Part shown: piece after piece, positions 41,745-54,052 of the stretch
Numbering within the stretch: position 1 is the first letter of the stretch
Layout of the letters: the number at the start of each line of letters is the position of its first letter
Assembly: GCA_041740355.1 (NCBI GenBank)
Contig: JBGSMD010000011.1
Location: 32,001-96,000, forward strand
Direction of reading: 5' to 3'
DNA length: 64,000 bases
Source: Bdellovibrionota bacterium
GTDB taxonomy: Bacteria; Bdellovibrionota_C; UBA2361; CALJRW01
Position numbers and translations under genes: made by a program
The notes under the pieces: generated by a model
What the model was told of the DNA's origin: nothing
Databases searched by the model: none
What the model saw: the letters and a program-made list of their open reading frames with translations, nothing else

Positions 41745-42116
41745 AATTTATTTTATAAAATATTGATAATAAAAGACCTGTATGGACTATATAGAATATT
41801 AAGTTCAGGCAGTAAGCCTAGAAAAACTGCTGTAATAGACATTTTTTCCAGAATTGCTGACTTAATTGATATTAAATAGCTAGGCATAAGTCTTAATTGA
41901 CGAGCTTTTTTAGCATCTTAAGCCGATCCTGACAACCTTTGTGGATATTTTCCTAATCAGCTTATTTTCATGTTTTTTATTGTAATTTCATATAGTTGGA
42001 AGCGGTCATTATTCGGAGCTTAAATGCTCATTTGAGGATTTGCAATTTTAAATATCGAGACACTGCGAGAGAAACAAACTGACAATCGGAGGGGGGTGGA
42101 AGACCACTGTAATTTT

Positions 42117-42539
42117 CTATTTTTCTAATCCGATTCTTTTTCTTCTGCAAAGAAAGACAGAGGTAGAAAGGCCATGGCAAAACAAGTCATTTTTATCAAG
42201 TTCTCGATGCGGTTGTGTGGATTGCTTGACTTCCCATGCAACGCAAATGGAAAAGGCTGCTATCGCACAGGCAACTGGCCGCGAGACTAAAGGTGTATTG
42301 TTAAATTTGGAAAAATACATTTGTCCCAGATTCAGCATGCTGGCAAGCGTAAATGAATCTCCAAGATTTGATAAATGATGTCGTATTAATTCTGGGATAA
42401 CGAAATCACCACTACTAGTTTTTATTAATCTGCAGAGTTGACCAGGGATCACAACATGCCAACCATTCCTAATGTCTTTATTAGTACTATCTAAGAGAGC
42501 TTTTTCTTCTGGAGAAGGCGGGCTGGCATTTTTGAACAT
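42117..42539 (-). CDS. Hypothetical protein
   Basis: 140-aa ORF; H...WE...D pattern loosely recalls VanZ-like proteins. Confidence 0.5.
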   Translation of the reverse strand: MFKNASPPSPEEKALLDSTNKDIRNGWHVVIPGQLCRLIKTSSGDFVIPELIRHHLSNLGDSFTLASMLNLGQMYFSKFNNTPLVSRPVACAIAAFSICVAWEVKQSTQPHRELDKNDLFCHGLSTSVFLCRRKRIGLEK

Positions 42540-42726
42540 GAAAATTTACTTACTTTAATAATGCAGTAATTACTGTAATAAATTAGTACTCAAATTAACA
42601 AAAATCAACTAATCTTTTTAACTGCTAGTAAGTTAATCTTATATGTGACGCTAGTTAATTTAATAGCTTATACAAACACTCTGTTTAGAATAGGATGAGT
42701 TTACATTTCTACATTGTCACAGAAAC

Positions 42727-45700
42727 ATGAATCAATCGCCAGCTAAAAATCGCTTTGGAAAAAGTTTTAATTCCCTTTGTTACGCCTTAACTGGTGGAGC
42801 CTTTAATGATAATTTTTTTAAGACAGTGTTGGCACTGTTTATTACCAGTACCTACACTGGGTCAGAACAAACTGCCTTAATTAGTTTAACGGGAGCGATG
42901 TTAGTCTTGCCATTTATTCTTTTTTCTCCGTTTGCAGGTTGGTTAGGAGATAAATTTAGTAAAACAAAAATAACTATCGGAACCAGACTAGTTGAGCCTG
43001 TCTTCGTAATCGTAGGTAGTTATTTTTTATTTCAGGGGAATACATTTGCCTTACTAGCTGTGCTGTTTATGTTTGGAACACAGAGTGCCCTGTTTAGCCC
43101 CAGCAAATATGGACTAATTCCTGAACTCTTAAAGAAGGAACAATTATCTGAAGGGAATGCTTACGTCGAGATTGCCACCTTCGTTGGTATTTTGATGGGT
43201 ACGATGCTCGCCGGACAAATCCAAGGATTTGAAAGTCGTAATATTATTTCTACAATTATTTTGTTTGCCGTTGCCTGTGGCTCGGTCTATTTTGCTTTTA
43301 GGATCAAAGCACAGCCTGCTGCGAATCCAAATGCTAAATTTGAAAAAAATCCTTTTAGTTTTTTTTGGAGGACACTTACAGAGCTTAAGCAAGATCGACC
43401 CTTGTTTTTAGTACTCTTAGCTAGTGCCTGGTTTTGGTTTGTGGGTGCTTTAGTGCAGCTATCAATTTTTATTTATGCCCGCGAGTTTTTAAATGCAACA
43501 ACCTATCAAACGGGAGTTCTGTTAACATTTATGACGGTTGGTGTAGGACTCGGAAGTTTCATAGCAGGTCGGCTGTCACATGGCCGTGTAGAGTTGGGGA
43601 TAGCACCTGTCGCACTTTTTGGAATGTCGCTCAGTAGTTTTGTTATCGGACTTATACCCCTAACTTTTTTCTATGCTGTGATTGCTTTTGGAATCCTTGG
43701 TTTTTGTTCGGGATTATTTATTGTTCCACTAAATGCTTATTTCCAAATGGCTAGTCCAAATGAGCGTAGAGGGGCATACTTAGGAACAGGGAATCTTGTT
43801 TTTAATATTGCAATTGTTTTAGCTAGTGTCACTCTGTGGGTTTTTACTGGACTAATTGGCCTGCCAGTTACATTTTTATATCTAGTAGTAGGCGTAAGTT
43901 CCTTAATCTTAATCTCTATGGCATTTCGAGTGATGCCAGTGCTAATTTTTCGTTGTTTTAGTTGGATACTTTGTAACAGTCTTTACCGGCTAAAAATTAT
44001 TGGTGAAGATAATATTCCTAAAGTTGGTGGAGCTCTGTTAGTTTGTAATCATATTTCTTACCTTGATGCGGTTTTTATTTTAGCAGCAGCAAAACGTCCC
44101 GTACGTTTTATTATGTATAAACCTTTTACCGAGTTACCAATAATTGGAAGACTTGTAAAAGCAATGTCTGTAATTCCAATTAATGAAAATGATGCAACTT
44201 CTGAAATACGGAAAGCTTTAAAAGAAGCTAAGGAAGCTATTCAGCAGGGGGAGTTAGTTTGTATATTTGCTGAGGGGCAACTAACGCGACATGGCAACAT
44301 GACCGCCTTTCTTCGGGGAATGGAATTAATTACAAGAGGCTTAAGTGAACCGATAATTCCAATTCATCTAGATCAAATCTGGGGAAGTATCTTTAGTTTT
44401 GAAGGTGGTAAGACAATTTGGAAATTACCGAAGCAGATTCCCTATCCTGTTACGGTCAATTTTGGAAAGCAATTACCATCTAGTACTGCTTCCTTCCAAG
44501 TCCGCCAAAAGGTAGCAACCTTGGGCGTTGATTCATATTATTTAAGAACAATTTATCAGGAACGTTTAGATTATCGTTTCTTGCAATCTATTTCGCGATT
44601 GCGCTTTAAAAGAATTATGTCGGATAGTTCTGGAAAGAACTTAACAGGCTGTAAATTTTTAGCAGCAACTTTAGCACTCCGTGAATACTTAAAAAAACAT
44701 TTGCTTAATCAAACAAATGTGGGGGTACTGCTTCCTAGTGGGATAGTGGCGGCAGAAATTAATGTGGCTTTAATGCTAGCAGATAAAGTTGCGGTAAATC
44801 TTAATTATACGGCATCGGCTGAAGGTTTAGCTTCCGCAATTAGACAGTCAGGAATTAAAACAGTCGTTTCAGCTAATAAATTTTTAGAGACTTTAAAAAT
44901 TGTATTACCAGAAGATGTTCAATTAATTGATCTCGAGCAAAGTATTTCTGAAATTTCTACTACTAGCAAATTGAAATCTTTTGCTACTAGTCTCTTACCA
45001 CTTTTTGCTTTAAAGCCAATTTTGCTTAATCGCCAAGATTCTTCGCAAGCCACCGCTACAATTATTTTTTCTAGTGGAAGTTCTGGAGAACCGAAAGGTG
45101 TAGTCTTAAGTCATGCCAATATTAGTTCCAATATTCAAGGTGTCTTTCAGGTAGGGGAGGTTACAACTAGTGATTCAATGCTGGGGGTTTTGCCATTCTT
45201 TCATTCTTTTGGTTATAGCGTAACCCTTTGGTTTCCATTACTAGCCGGTATTCCGGTTGTTTATCATAATAATCCGATGGACGCTGGAGTTATTGGAGAG
45301 TTGGCTGAGAAATATAAAACAACAATGCTACTTTCTACGCCAACATTCTTAGGAGCTTATATTCGTAAGTGCAAAGAAGAACAGTTTAAATCCTTACGTC
45401 TAGTAATTGTTGGAGCAGAAAAATTACCGGAAGTTACTGCTAATAAATTTGCCGAGAAGTTTGGGGTTATTCCTTATGAAGGATATGGGTGCACTGAGTT
45501 AGCACCTGTGATTAGTTTAAATGTACCAAACCGAGTTGGTGCTTTAATAAATCAAATTGGTAATAAACCAGGTAAGGCGGGGCATCCACTCCCAAACATT
45601 ACTATTAAGGTTCTTGATCCTGAAACCAAAGTGGAGCTGGGAGTTAATCAGAATGGTTTAGTGCTTGTAAAAAGTCCTAGTGTCATGAAGGGATATTTAA

Positions 45701-46158
45701 ATAATCCAAAAAAGACAGCAGAGGTGATGGAGGGGGATTGGTATATCACAGGTGACATTGGTAATTTAGATGAAGATGGATTTTTAGAAATTACTGGACG
45801 CGTAACTAGGTTTAGTAAAATTGCGGGAGAAATGATTCCGCATGAAGCAATAGAAAGTGCAATTTTAACAGCGTTAAATACAAGCGATAAAGTTGTTGCG
45901 GTGACTTCTGTCGGGGACGAGAAGCGGGGAGAGAAAATCTGTGTGCTTTATTCTTGCGAATTAGTCATTAAAGAAATGATTGAATTTTTAAGTACACAGG
46001 GATTGCCCAATCTCTGGATTCCAAAAAAAGATGCTTGGATTAAAGTTGCCGAGATTCCGGTTCTTGGTAGTGGCAAATTAGATCTTAAAGCCATTTGCCA
46101 ATTAGCAGAAAATCACGAGCAAAGCTTTAGCAAGAAATCTTCTGAGGGTAATGAATAA
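42727..46158 (+). CDS. aas: LplT-type MFS / acyltransferase / acyl-ACP synthetase fusion
   Basis: GAFNDNFFK MFS domain, NHISYLD and FAEG acyltransferase motifs, FSSGSSGEPKG, YGCTE, WYITGDIG AMP-binding motifs. Confidence 0.93.
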   Translation: MNQSPAKNRFGKSFNSLCYALTGGAFNDNFFKTVLALFITSTYTGSEQTALISLTGAMLVLPFILFSPFAGWLGDKFSKTKITIGTRLVEPVFVIVGSYFLFQGNTFALLAVLFMFGTQSALFSPSKYGLIPELLKKEQLSEGNAYVEIATFVGILMGTMLAGQIQGFESRNIISTIILFAVACGSVYFAFRIKAQPAANPNAKFEKNPFSFFWRTLTELKQDRPLFLVLLASAWFWFVGALVQLSIFIYAREFLNATTYQTGVLLTFMTVGVGLGSFIAGRLSHGRVELGIAPVALFGMSLSSFVIGLIPLTFFYAVIAFGILGFCSGLFIVPLNAYFQMASPNERRGAYLGTGNLVFNIAIVLASVTLWVFTGLIGLPVTFLYLVVGVSSLILISMAFRVMPVLIFRCFSWILCNSLYRLKIIGEDNIPKVGGALLVCNHISYLDAVFILAAAKRPVRFIMYKPFTELPIIGRLVKAMSVIPINENDATSEIRKALKEAKEAIQQGELVCIFAEGQLTRHGNMTAFLRGMELITRGLSEPIIPIHLDQIWGSIFSFEGGKTIWKLPKQIPYPVTVNFGKQLPSSTASFQVRQKVATLGVDSYYLRTIYQERLDYRFLQSISRLRFKRIMSDSSGKNLTGCKFLAATLALREYLKKHLLNQTNVGVLLPSGIVAAEINVALMLADKVAVNLNYTASAEGLASAIRQSGIKTVVSANKFLETLKIVLPEDVQLIDLEQSISEISTTSKLKSFATSLLPLFALKPILLNRQDSSQATATIIFSSGSSGEPKGVVLSHANISSNIQGVFQVGEVTTSDSMLGVLPFFHSFGYSVTLWFPLLAGIPVVYHNNPMDAGVIGELAEKYKTTMLLSTPTFLGAYIRKCKEEQFKSLRLVIVGAEKLPEVTANKFAEKFGVIPYEGYGCTELAPVISLNVPNRVGALINQIGNKPGKAGHPLPNITIKVLDPETKVELGVNQNGLVLVKSPSVMKGYLNNPKKTAEVMEGDWYITGDIGNLDEDGFLEITGRVTRFSKIAGEMIPHEAIESAILTALNTSDKVVAVTSVGDEKRGEKICVLYSCELVIKEMIEFLSTQGLPNLWIPKKDAWIKVAEIPVLGSGKLDLKAICQLAENHEQSFSKKSSEGNE

Positions 46159-46409
46159 ACTAATTAGGGTAAGTAATTTCTTTAATGAAATAAAAAAGTT
46201 TTTCAGCTAATTCAAATCTTGGATTTAGTACGTAGATTAAGGCAATATAGAAAAAAATATCCCAAACTTTAATAGCTAAAAAACTACAATAATTCTTAAC
46301 TCTTTGAAAAAACTTTAAGTTATACGAAAATATTGAGAACCCAAAAAAAGGATTTCCGTTAAGGAAATTTTTTCTTGAGTTTACTTTAATTACTCTCGTT
46401 TAATTATTA

Positions 46410-47000
46410 TTATCCGTTTGGAGCTTTATAGGCCCAGCTGCCTTGCACAAAGTAATCACCGGCAGCACTCGATCTACAGATAACGGCGAAGCCTTCAGTT
46501 GTGGCACTGCCATCAAGCTCTTCATGTGTACTAGAATTCCACCCGATAATATTATTAGAGATTCCTTCGTACAAACAAAGAAATCCGGCAGCAGCACTTG
46601 GATTAGCGGCTGTTCCGGGACAATTTGTCGTAGAGGCATTAAGTGAAACTTTTTCTACTGCAGGTGTACTTGGAAGTTGGGTTATAAATGAAGTACTGCC
46701 ATGAGCTAATTCAAAAGCAGTGGTAGCAGTTCCAGCGCAGGAGAAATATCCCACAATTTGTTGACCACCTTGCAGTGTAGTGGAGAAGTTCCCATCATTT
46801 CCAGGATTACCTTGGAACGTATCCGTGCTTAGTAATTGAACGTAACCAGCTGGACAGGCCGTTGCATTAACTAGAAGTGCATTTTTAAGCTTTACTCGAT
46901 TATTTTTAACTAAATTATTTTTTTTGATACATAGCAGATCTGCTGAAATTGATGTACTTGTGAATAATATAAGAAAAATAAAAATAAGGTATTTATTCAT
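46410..47000 (-). CDS. Exported hypothetical protein with a short collagen-like segment
   Basis: Signal peptide; QGNPGNDG; CPGTAANPSAAAGFLCLY. Confidence 0.7.
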   Translation of the reverse strand: MNKYLIFIFLILFTSTSISADLLCIKKNNLVKNNRVKLKNALLVNATACPAGYVQLLSTDTFQGNPGNDGNFSTTLQGGQQIVGYFSCAGTATTAFELAHGSTSFITQLPSTPAVEKVSLNASTTNCPGTAANPSAAAGFLCLYEGISNNIIGWNSSTHEELDGSATTEGFAVICRSSAAGDYFVQGSWAYKAPNG

Positions 47001-47194
47001 AATTTAGTTTGTAAAATAAGATTATTTATCAGGATACTAAAATTAGTATAAAGTTTAACTTAATTAATCTTCATCACAAAGAATAATTTGTAATACCTTA
47101 ATCCTAGGATCAGCATATCAGAGCATTTAGAATTTGGAACTAATGATAGTTATTCCAGAAGATTAATTATGTATTAATAAAATTGAATAAACTG

Positions 47195-47275
47195 TTTTTT
47201 GTAATAACTATGTGATTTTATTATCCCTCCCGGGGGATAGAAAGCCCCAAAAGTGATTTAAATTTTTTTGTAATT
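47195..47275 (-). repeat. Dispersed ~90-bp intergenic repeat, copy 3 (inverted)
   Basis: Reverse complement ATCACTTTTGGGG...TATCCCCCGGGAGGGATAATAAAATCACATAGTTATTACAAAAAA. Confidence 0.7.
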
Positions 47276-47477
47276 CCTAATTGATTGACTATCTATGATG
47301 TTTTAGACAATCAAACTTGGATATCCGCCAGATTTATTTTCACCAAATCTATCTATACTTGCTAGCTTCTTGGAACAAAAGGTATGATTTGCTTAATGCA
47401 AATTATAATTTGGACTAGTTTATTAAATTAATTTGAATAAGTATTCGATTAGTTAGTTGTCGACAGTTAAATAATTT

Positions 47478-49556
47478 CTAACGATTTTCAATGCTATTGA
47501 TCAATGCTACTAAGCCAAAGATACAAGTTAACCAAGAATTGTTACTTAATGCCGTCGGTTGTTTGGCTAACATTTGACCATATTGTAATGGGTCCTGATA
47601 AATTTTTACTGCTTGTTGAATTTTAATACCTAAATCTGTTGTGAGTCCGTTGTAAGTTGGTATTGCCATGCGATCGTAAGGACTAGATGCCGATAGAATT
47701 CCTCTCCAATCTTCAGCATTATTATAACCAGAATCAGAGAATAATAAACCATCAACACTATCTTTAATCTGCTCTCCTAATCCCCCTGTATTATGAGCAA
47801 TAACCGGAGTGCCAATAGAATCTCTTCCCGATCCGCGCCATTCAGGAACCATGCCAAAAGGCTCATAAAGTGATGGCATTATTGCCCAACTCGATCCCGA
47901 GAAGAGTCCTTCGCGAAGATTTCCCTCTAACCAATCTGTTAGGAAAACTAATCGACCAGCTGAGCGCATTGCGACTTCCTCCATTTGGCCAAACATAACA
48001 TCGCCATAAAGTTCGCGAGAAAAGCCCGCAGCTCCAATAACGAAACGTGCATTTAAATCTTTTGGAATATGATCCGCAATTGCTTTTAAAGCCAAGAGGT
48101 GACCTTTTTGATTCCAATCAAAACGACCCATCATGGAAAAAATAGGAATATCATTTGCTAAATTACAAATTCCATCTCTAGTATCTTCTTCCTGCCAATG
48201 ACCGATGACTCTTCGTCCACCATCTTGCAAATCAGATCTTCTTTGTGAATCTAGAAATATTGCTAAGGTTTTTAATAACTCCTGTTGGGAATTGAGTTTT
48301 AGTTTGACTAATTGAGTGACATCACCAGAAAGTGCATTGCGTGTAGCCTCCACAATTTCTGGCTTAGTTCTAACTCTTCCAAAGACACCATTTGGCAAAC
48401 CAGTGACTCCATGAAATTTCATTAAAAAATGTAAATTAGTGTCGATTGGTAATTTATAGGGACGATCTACTATTTCTGCCGCAAACCCTTCGCTCACAGC
48501 CATTAAGGGAGCAGATGTTAGTCCAATCATTCGGGATAAATGAGTATGTCGTTTAGCTGCACCTTGTTCATCAAGCCAATACTCATCTGCAGAACGATCG
48601 GTAATATGTCGTAATTCACCAGGAGTTAAATCGAAGTCAAAAACATTATGTAAGCCAATAGCAGCATGCCCATTTTTAATATAACCACCGGCAATTTGTT
48701 CTGTAAAAGTTAAGACCGAGGCGGCTAAATGAAAGTCTTGAGGAAGTAGAACTATATTTTCAGAAATACCAATTGCTTTTAGTACTTCAGGTATTGCCCT
48801 AGAACCAAATAAAAAATCTTTTTGTGACTTCCAATGAGAATCATGATCGCCATGGTAAGAGTAGGGAGGAGTATTTGCTTCAAAAAAACCTTTCGCTTCA
48901 AATAAATACCAGTCATTAATACTACCATCTTTTTTTATATCTAATAAGCGATAAATATTAGTATCGACTAATGAGCGTTCCCAATTATGGTCTGGCTCAC
49001 CAAAGGGAACTTGACAGGTACCAACATGAAATAAAAATTCATTGGAACGACTAGCGACTTGTGCGCAATCACTTAGTGGAATTTCATTTGCTTCGCATCT
49101 GGCAAAGCGAGTAAATGCTGCACTATCTCTAGATGTGGACATCTCTAGCACTGCCTCGCGAGCCTCGCGATAATGGGAGGCATTTCCACCTTTATGGAAA
49201 GGGCTAACTCGAATCATATGATCGGGTTCGGGAGTTGAGATCGCAGTTTCTCGTAAATCCCTAAAGGCACGAGGTAGATTCTCAGCAACAGGATAAAGTC
49301 CCCCAGCTTTTCCAGTTGGATTTTCGTAGGCCGCGTAGACAAACATTCTACCAAATGGCAAAAGAGCACTTGATTTTAATACTCGTTCTAAACGTTCCAG
49401 GTCACCCTTTTGTCTTTCATTTCCAGCGGAATCTAAGAATAGATTTCTTGTGGTGTGAGGATTCCATTTCCATTCATCTGGTGTGCAGGTCGCATCGTAG
49501 ACTTTGGGGGTAGGAGTAGATCTTCCAGTGGATACAACAAACATCAAATACATCAA
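47478..49556 (-). CDS. Divergent GT5 glycogen/starch synthase-like glycosyltransferase
   Basis: GKAGGL (KxGGL), QDFH, AVSEGFA, GRFDWNQKG, MPSLYEPFG, TGGLGE. Confidence 0.8.
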   Translation of the reverse strand: MMYLMFVVSTGRSTPTPKVYDATCTPDEWKWNPHTTRNLFLDSAGNERQKGDLERLERVLKSSALLPFGRMFVYAAYENPTGKAGGLYPVAENLPRAFRDLRETAISTPEPDHMIRVSPFHKGGNASHYREAREAVLEMSTSRDSAAFTRFARCEANEIPLSDCAQVASRSNEFLFHVGTCQVPFGEPDHNWERSLVDTNIYRLLDIKKDGSINDWYLFEAKGFFEANTPPYSYHGDHDSHWKSQKDFLFGSRAIPEVLKAIGISENIVLLPQDFHLAASVLTFTEQIAGGYIKNGHAAIGLHNVFDFDLTPGELRHITDRSADEYWLDEQGAAKRHTHLSRMIGLTSAPLMAVSEGFAAEIVDRPYKLPIDTNLHFLMKFHGVTGLPNGVFGRVRTKPEIVEATRNALSGDVTQLVKLKLNSQQELLKTLAIFLDSQRRSDLQDGGRRVIGHWQEEDTRDGICNLANDIPIFSMMGRFDWNQKGHLLALKAIADHIPKDLNARFVIGAAGFSRELYGDVMFGQMEEVAMRSAGRLVFLTDWLEGNLREGLFSGSSWAIMPSLYEPFGMVPEWRGSGRDSIGTPVIAHNTGGLGEQIKDSVDGLLFSDSGYNNAEDWRGILSASSPYDRMAIPTYNGLTTDLGIKIQQAVKIYQDPLQYGQMLAKQPTALSNNSWLTCIFGLVALINSIENR

Positions 49557-50394
49557 TAAAACTAAGGGCGCGTATAATATTACTTATTGTATTACTATGC
49601 AAATTAAATAATATTATGAGTAATGCAGTAGTAAATATAATTGAATGACATGGACGGAGGATACTTAATATAGGGGAGTTGACTGTCCAAAAATGCGGGG
49701 AAGGTCAAGGAGTCTATCTGAATCTTGAATTTGATATTAGAGGTGTAGTTTATTTTTCAGTAGCTTTATATTGCAAAGGTTCAAAAGCTGCCAATCAATC
49801 TGCCCCATATTTTTCGAGACCAGCATGGTATTTTCTTGATAGTCAAGGAAAAATAACAAAAGAAATAACAGTAGAAAGTGCAGGAAGTATGTCCTGGAAA
49901 TGTAGGTCATAACGCTCATTTGTTTCACGCTTCATTTCTTTAATTTGTTTTCAGAAACAGTCCATTTTATAATTATAAATTATAAAAACCGACTAGATCA
50001 CAATGTTTTTTTTGCAGTTAGTTTCAATTTGTTAGCTTAAATCGCGAAGACTTTTTTCTGAACAAACTCCTACATGTCCCAAAGACTTTGTAGGGAAGGG
50101 ATATCGTCAACAACCGACCTAGCTTCAAAAGTTTACTTGATTTTAACAATCAACTTGACTTGCTTAAAAAGGGGAATTTCAAGCATAGCCTTGAGTTTTA
50201 CTTTAGACTAAGAACTTAGCCTAGGTAATGGGCCACAAAAAGTAATCCTAGTTTAATTTGATAAGTTTAGTTTCGGTATGATGAATGATTCTATTTTGTT
50301 GAAAGTTAAGTACTTCTTAAAGGTTAAAATCTCGATTATCCTTCGGTTATCATGTGTTCAGATTTAGTCTTAACAAATATTTTTTCAATATAAT

Positions 50395-51684
50395 ATGAAA
50401 AATCATATTTTTAAATATTTAATTTTCTTCTTCTTTTTCTTTATCTTTTATACTCAATTTAAAGTTCCTAGATTAAATTACATCGATAATAATTCGGGAG
50501 TTTATAAAATTCACGGGAAGATTGCCAACTCCCATGAAAGGGGTTTGTTTAGTCATGGCGGGCTTCTTGGGTGGTGCTATGTTCATCCATCAGAATTAAG
50601 TGAAACACTAAAGGATTTTGACTCTGGTCCAAGAAATTGGAACGCTCAATTTCATTTTTATAACAACCAATCTTGCCGATTATTTAATCCTTATTTATCT
50701 CAGTCCGGTGGCCAAGGGATATTATTTAGCATTATTGATATGCTTATCCAGTACGAACAACTTTATCAAATATTTTCAATTTTAATTCTTTCCTTAGTTT
50801 TGACCTTGTGGTCAATTTGGATAAAAGTCACTTTCGGTTCATTAGTAGCATCTATCAATTGTTTAACCTTTTTGCTCCTCGACTGGGTTATTATGTTTAG
50901 CTCAAACATTTCCCTCTTACTTGGTTTGAACTACCTACCTTTTGTCGCAATACTTTGGTGTTTGAATAAAAATTCTGACAAATTAATTTTAATAACGGCA
51001 ACTACAGTCTTAATAAAGTTTTTCTTAACGGGACCTGAATTTTTATTCCCCTTGTTTTTTATGATCTTTCTACCCCTTATTTTTTTCACAATTTTAAGAA
51101 AACAAGACTATCAGTTCTTCTTAAAATCTTCGGCAAAGATTTTTGCCGGATTTGTTATCGCAAGTGTTCTTAGTGTAATGATTCTGACAATCCAGATGTT
51201 GGATTTTATGACATTTGATCAGGTTATTCAAAGATATATTTACACCTTCGAAAAACGTAGCTTCGGAGATCCAAATATTCATATTAAATACTCTAAATCT
51301 TTAAATTACCCAATATTTGAAGCTATAAAATTATACTTTAGTATACCTGCAATAAGTTTTTCAAAGCTCTTTAAGATCAATTTTGCTGAATTAACTTTTT
51401 TCTATTTGATAATTACAGCAATCTTATTGTGGATAGAACAGAAGCTTGCTAGAACATCGCAGGCCTTAATGATCTGCACGTGGATTAGTATTCTTTGCCC
51501 GCTATCTTATATTATCATTACAAAGCCTCATGCTGTTGCCCATCAACGTTTTGGTCCTATAGCTTGGCATTTACCATTTATCTTATTTGGAATGTTGCTA
51601 ACATCCGTAACTATAATTTGCCTATTAAAGAAATTTCAAAAATTTGGAAAGTATTTAGAGAGTCCAAAAACTAATTTCACTTAA
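50395..51684 (+). CDS. Integral membrane protein, GT-C/GtrII-like
   Basis: About 10 TM segments, YLSQSGGQG loop, AT-rich. Confidence 0.6.
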   Translation: MKNHIFKYLIFFFFFFIFYTQFKVPRLNYIDNNSGVYKIHGKIANSHERGLFSHGGLLGWCYVHPSELSETLKDFDSGPRNWNAQFHFYNNQSCRLFNPYLSQSGGQGILFSIIDMLIQYEQLYQIFSILILSLVLTLWSIWIKVTFGSLVASINCLTFLLLDWVIMFSSNISLLLGLNYLPFVAILWCLNKNSDKLILITATTVLIKFFLTGPEFLFPLFFMIFLPLIFFTILRKQDYQFFLKSSAKIFAGFVIASVLSVMILTIQMLDFMTFDQVIQRYIYTFEKRSFGDPNIHIKYSKSLNYPIFEAIKLYFSIPAISFSKLFKINFAELTFFYLIITAILLWIEQKLARTSQALMICTWISILCPLSYIIITKPHAVAHQRFGPIAWHLPFILFGMLLTSVTIICLLKKFQKFGKYLESPKTNFT

Positions 51685-51802
51685 GGAGATTATGTTTGTG
51701 GACTCGGGCTTTTTAAAGCCTGATTTTACTATATTTTCAGAATTGATTAAATTTAATTAATCTTGTTATTCCTTGATTGTCGAAAGGGGCGACTGCGCAG
51801 GC

Positions 51803-52354
51803 AATTATGTTGCAATCAATCCCCCCCCCCCTCACTCTTGCGGAGCTTCGGAGGATAATATTACATTATGCTTTAGGTACCCAACTCGTCGCCTCGCTAG
51901 GTGTCACTCAGCATTCCTCCTTTTTATTGTAGATCCAAAAAAAGGGAGCCATGAAGCTCCCTTTTTATTTTGTATAGGTAATTGTGTTGCGATCCATCCA
52001 CCTTCGCTAAAGCTTCGGCGGATAATCTTATTTCGATTGCTCGAAATAAAATTACATCATGCTTCGAGGACACCCAGCTTACGCTAGGTGTCACTCAGCA
52101 TTCGTAGTCCTTCGGACTACATCATGCCGCTGGGTGTCACCCGATTCTTGCGAATCGAGCTCCACTGGCGTCATGACTAATCATGACTTTCGCAACACCC
52201 AGCTCGTTACCTCGCTAGGTGTCACTTGTCATGATTACATCATGTTTGCTGTGTCACCCAGACACTTCGTGTCTAGGCTCCATGCGCAACATGATTACAT
52301 CATTCCGCTGGGTGTCACCCGATTCTTGCGAATCGAGCTCCACTCACGTCATGA
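51803..52354 (-). repeat. Array of ~60-bp hairpin units downstream of groEL, each ending in a copy of the groEL 3' end
   Basis: (T/C)TA(C)ATCAT copies start at 52295, 52235, 52177, 52117 and 52052, with a degenerate one at 51861; units 52295-52354 and 52117-52176 are 56/60 identical. Confidence 0.9.
51937..51966 (-). terminator. Rho-independent (bidirectional) terminator of groESL
   Basis: A7-GGGAGC-catgaa-GCTCCC-T5. Confidence 0.85.
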
Positions 52355-54034
<1,680 letters not shown>

Positions 54035-54052
54035 TTAATTTTTGATAAATTA

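Noticed and set aside
49679-49928. Overlapping small ORFs on both strands
   Set aside because: No recognisable motif; cannot decide whether either is real.
52052-52354. CRISPR array interpretation of the groEL-downstream repeats
   Set aside because: The constant part is only ~10-14 bp and equals the groEL 3' end; the 'spacers' are related hairpins; there are no cas genes or leader.
52295-52354. Stop-codon readthrough giving alternative GroEL C-termini (60-bp in-frame units ending GMM*)
   Set aside because: The first unit reads TCA TGA, so an in-frame stop follows immediately.
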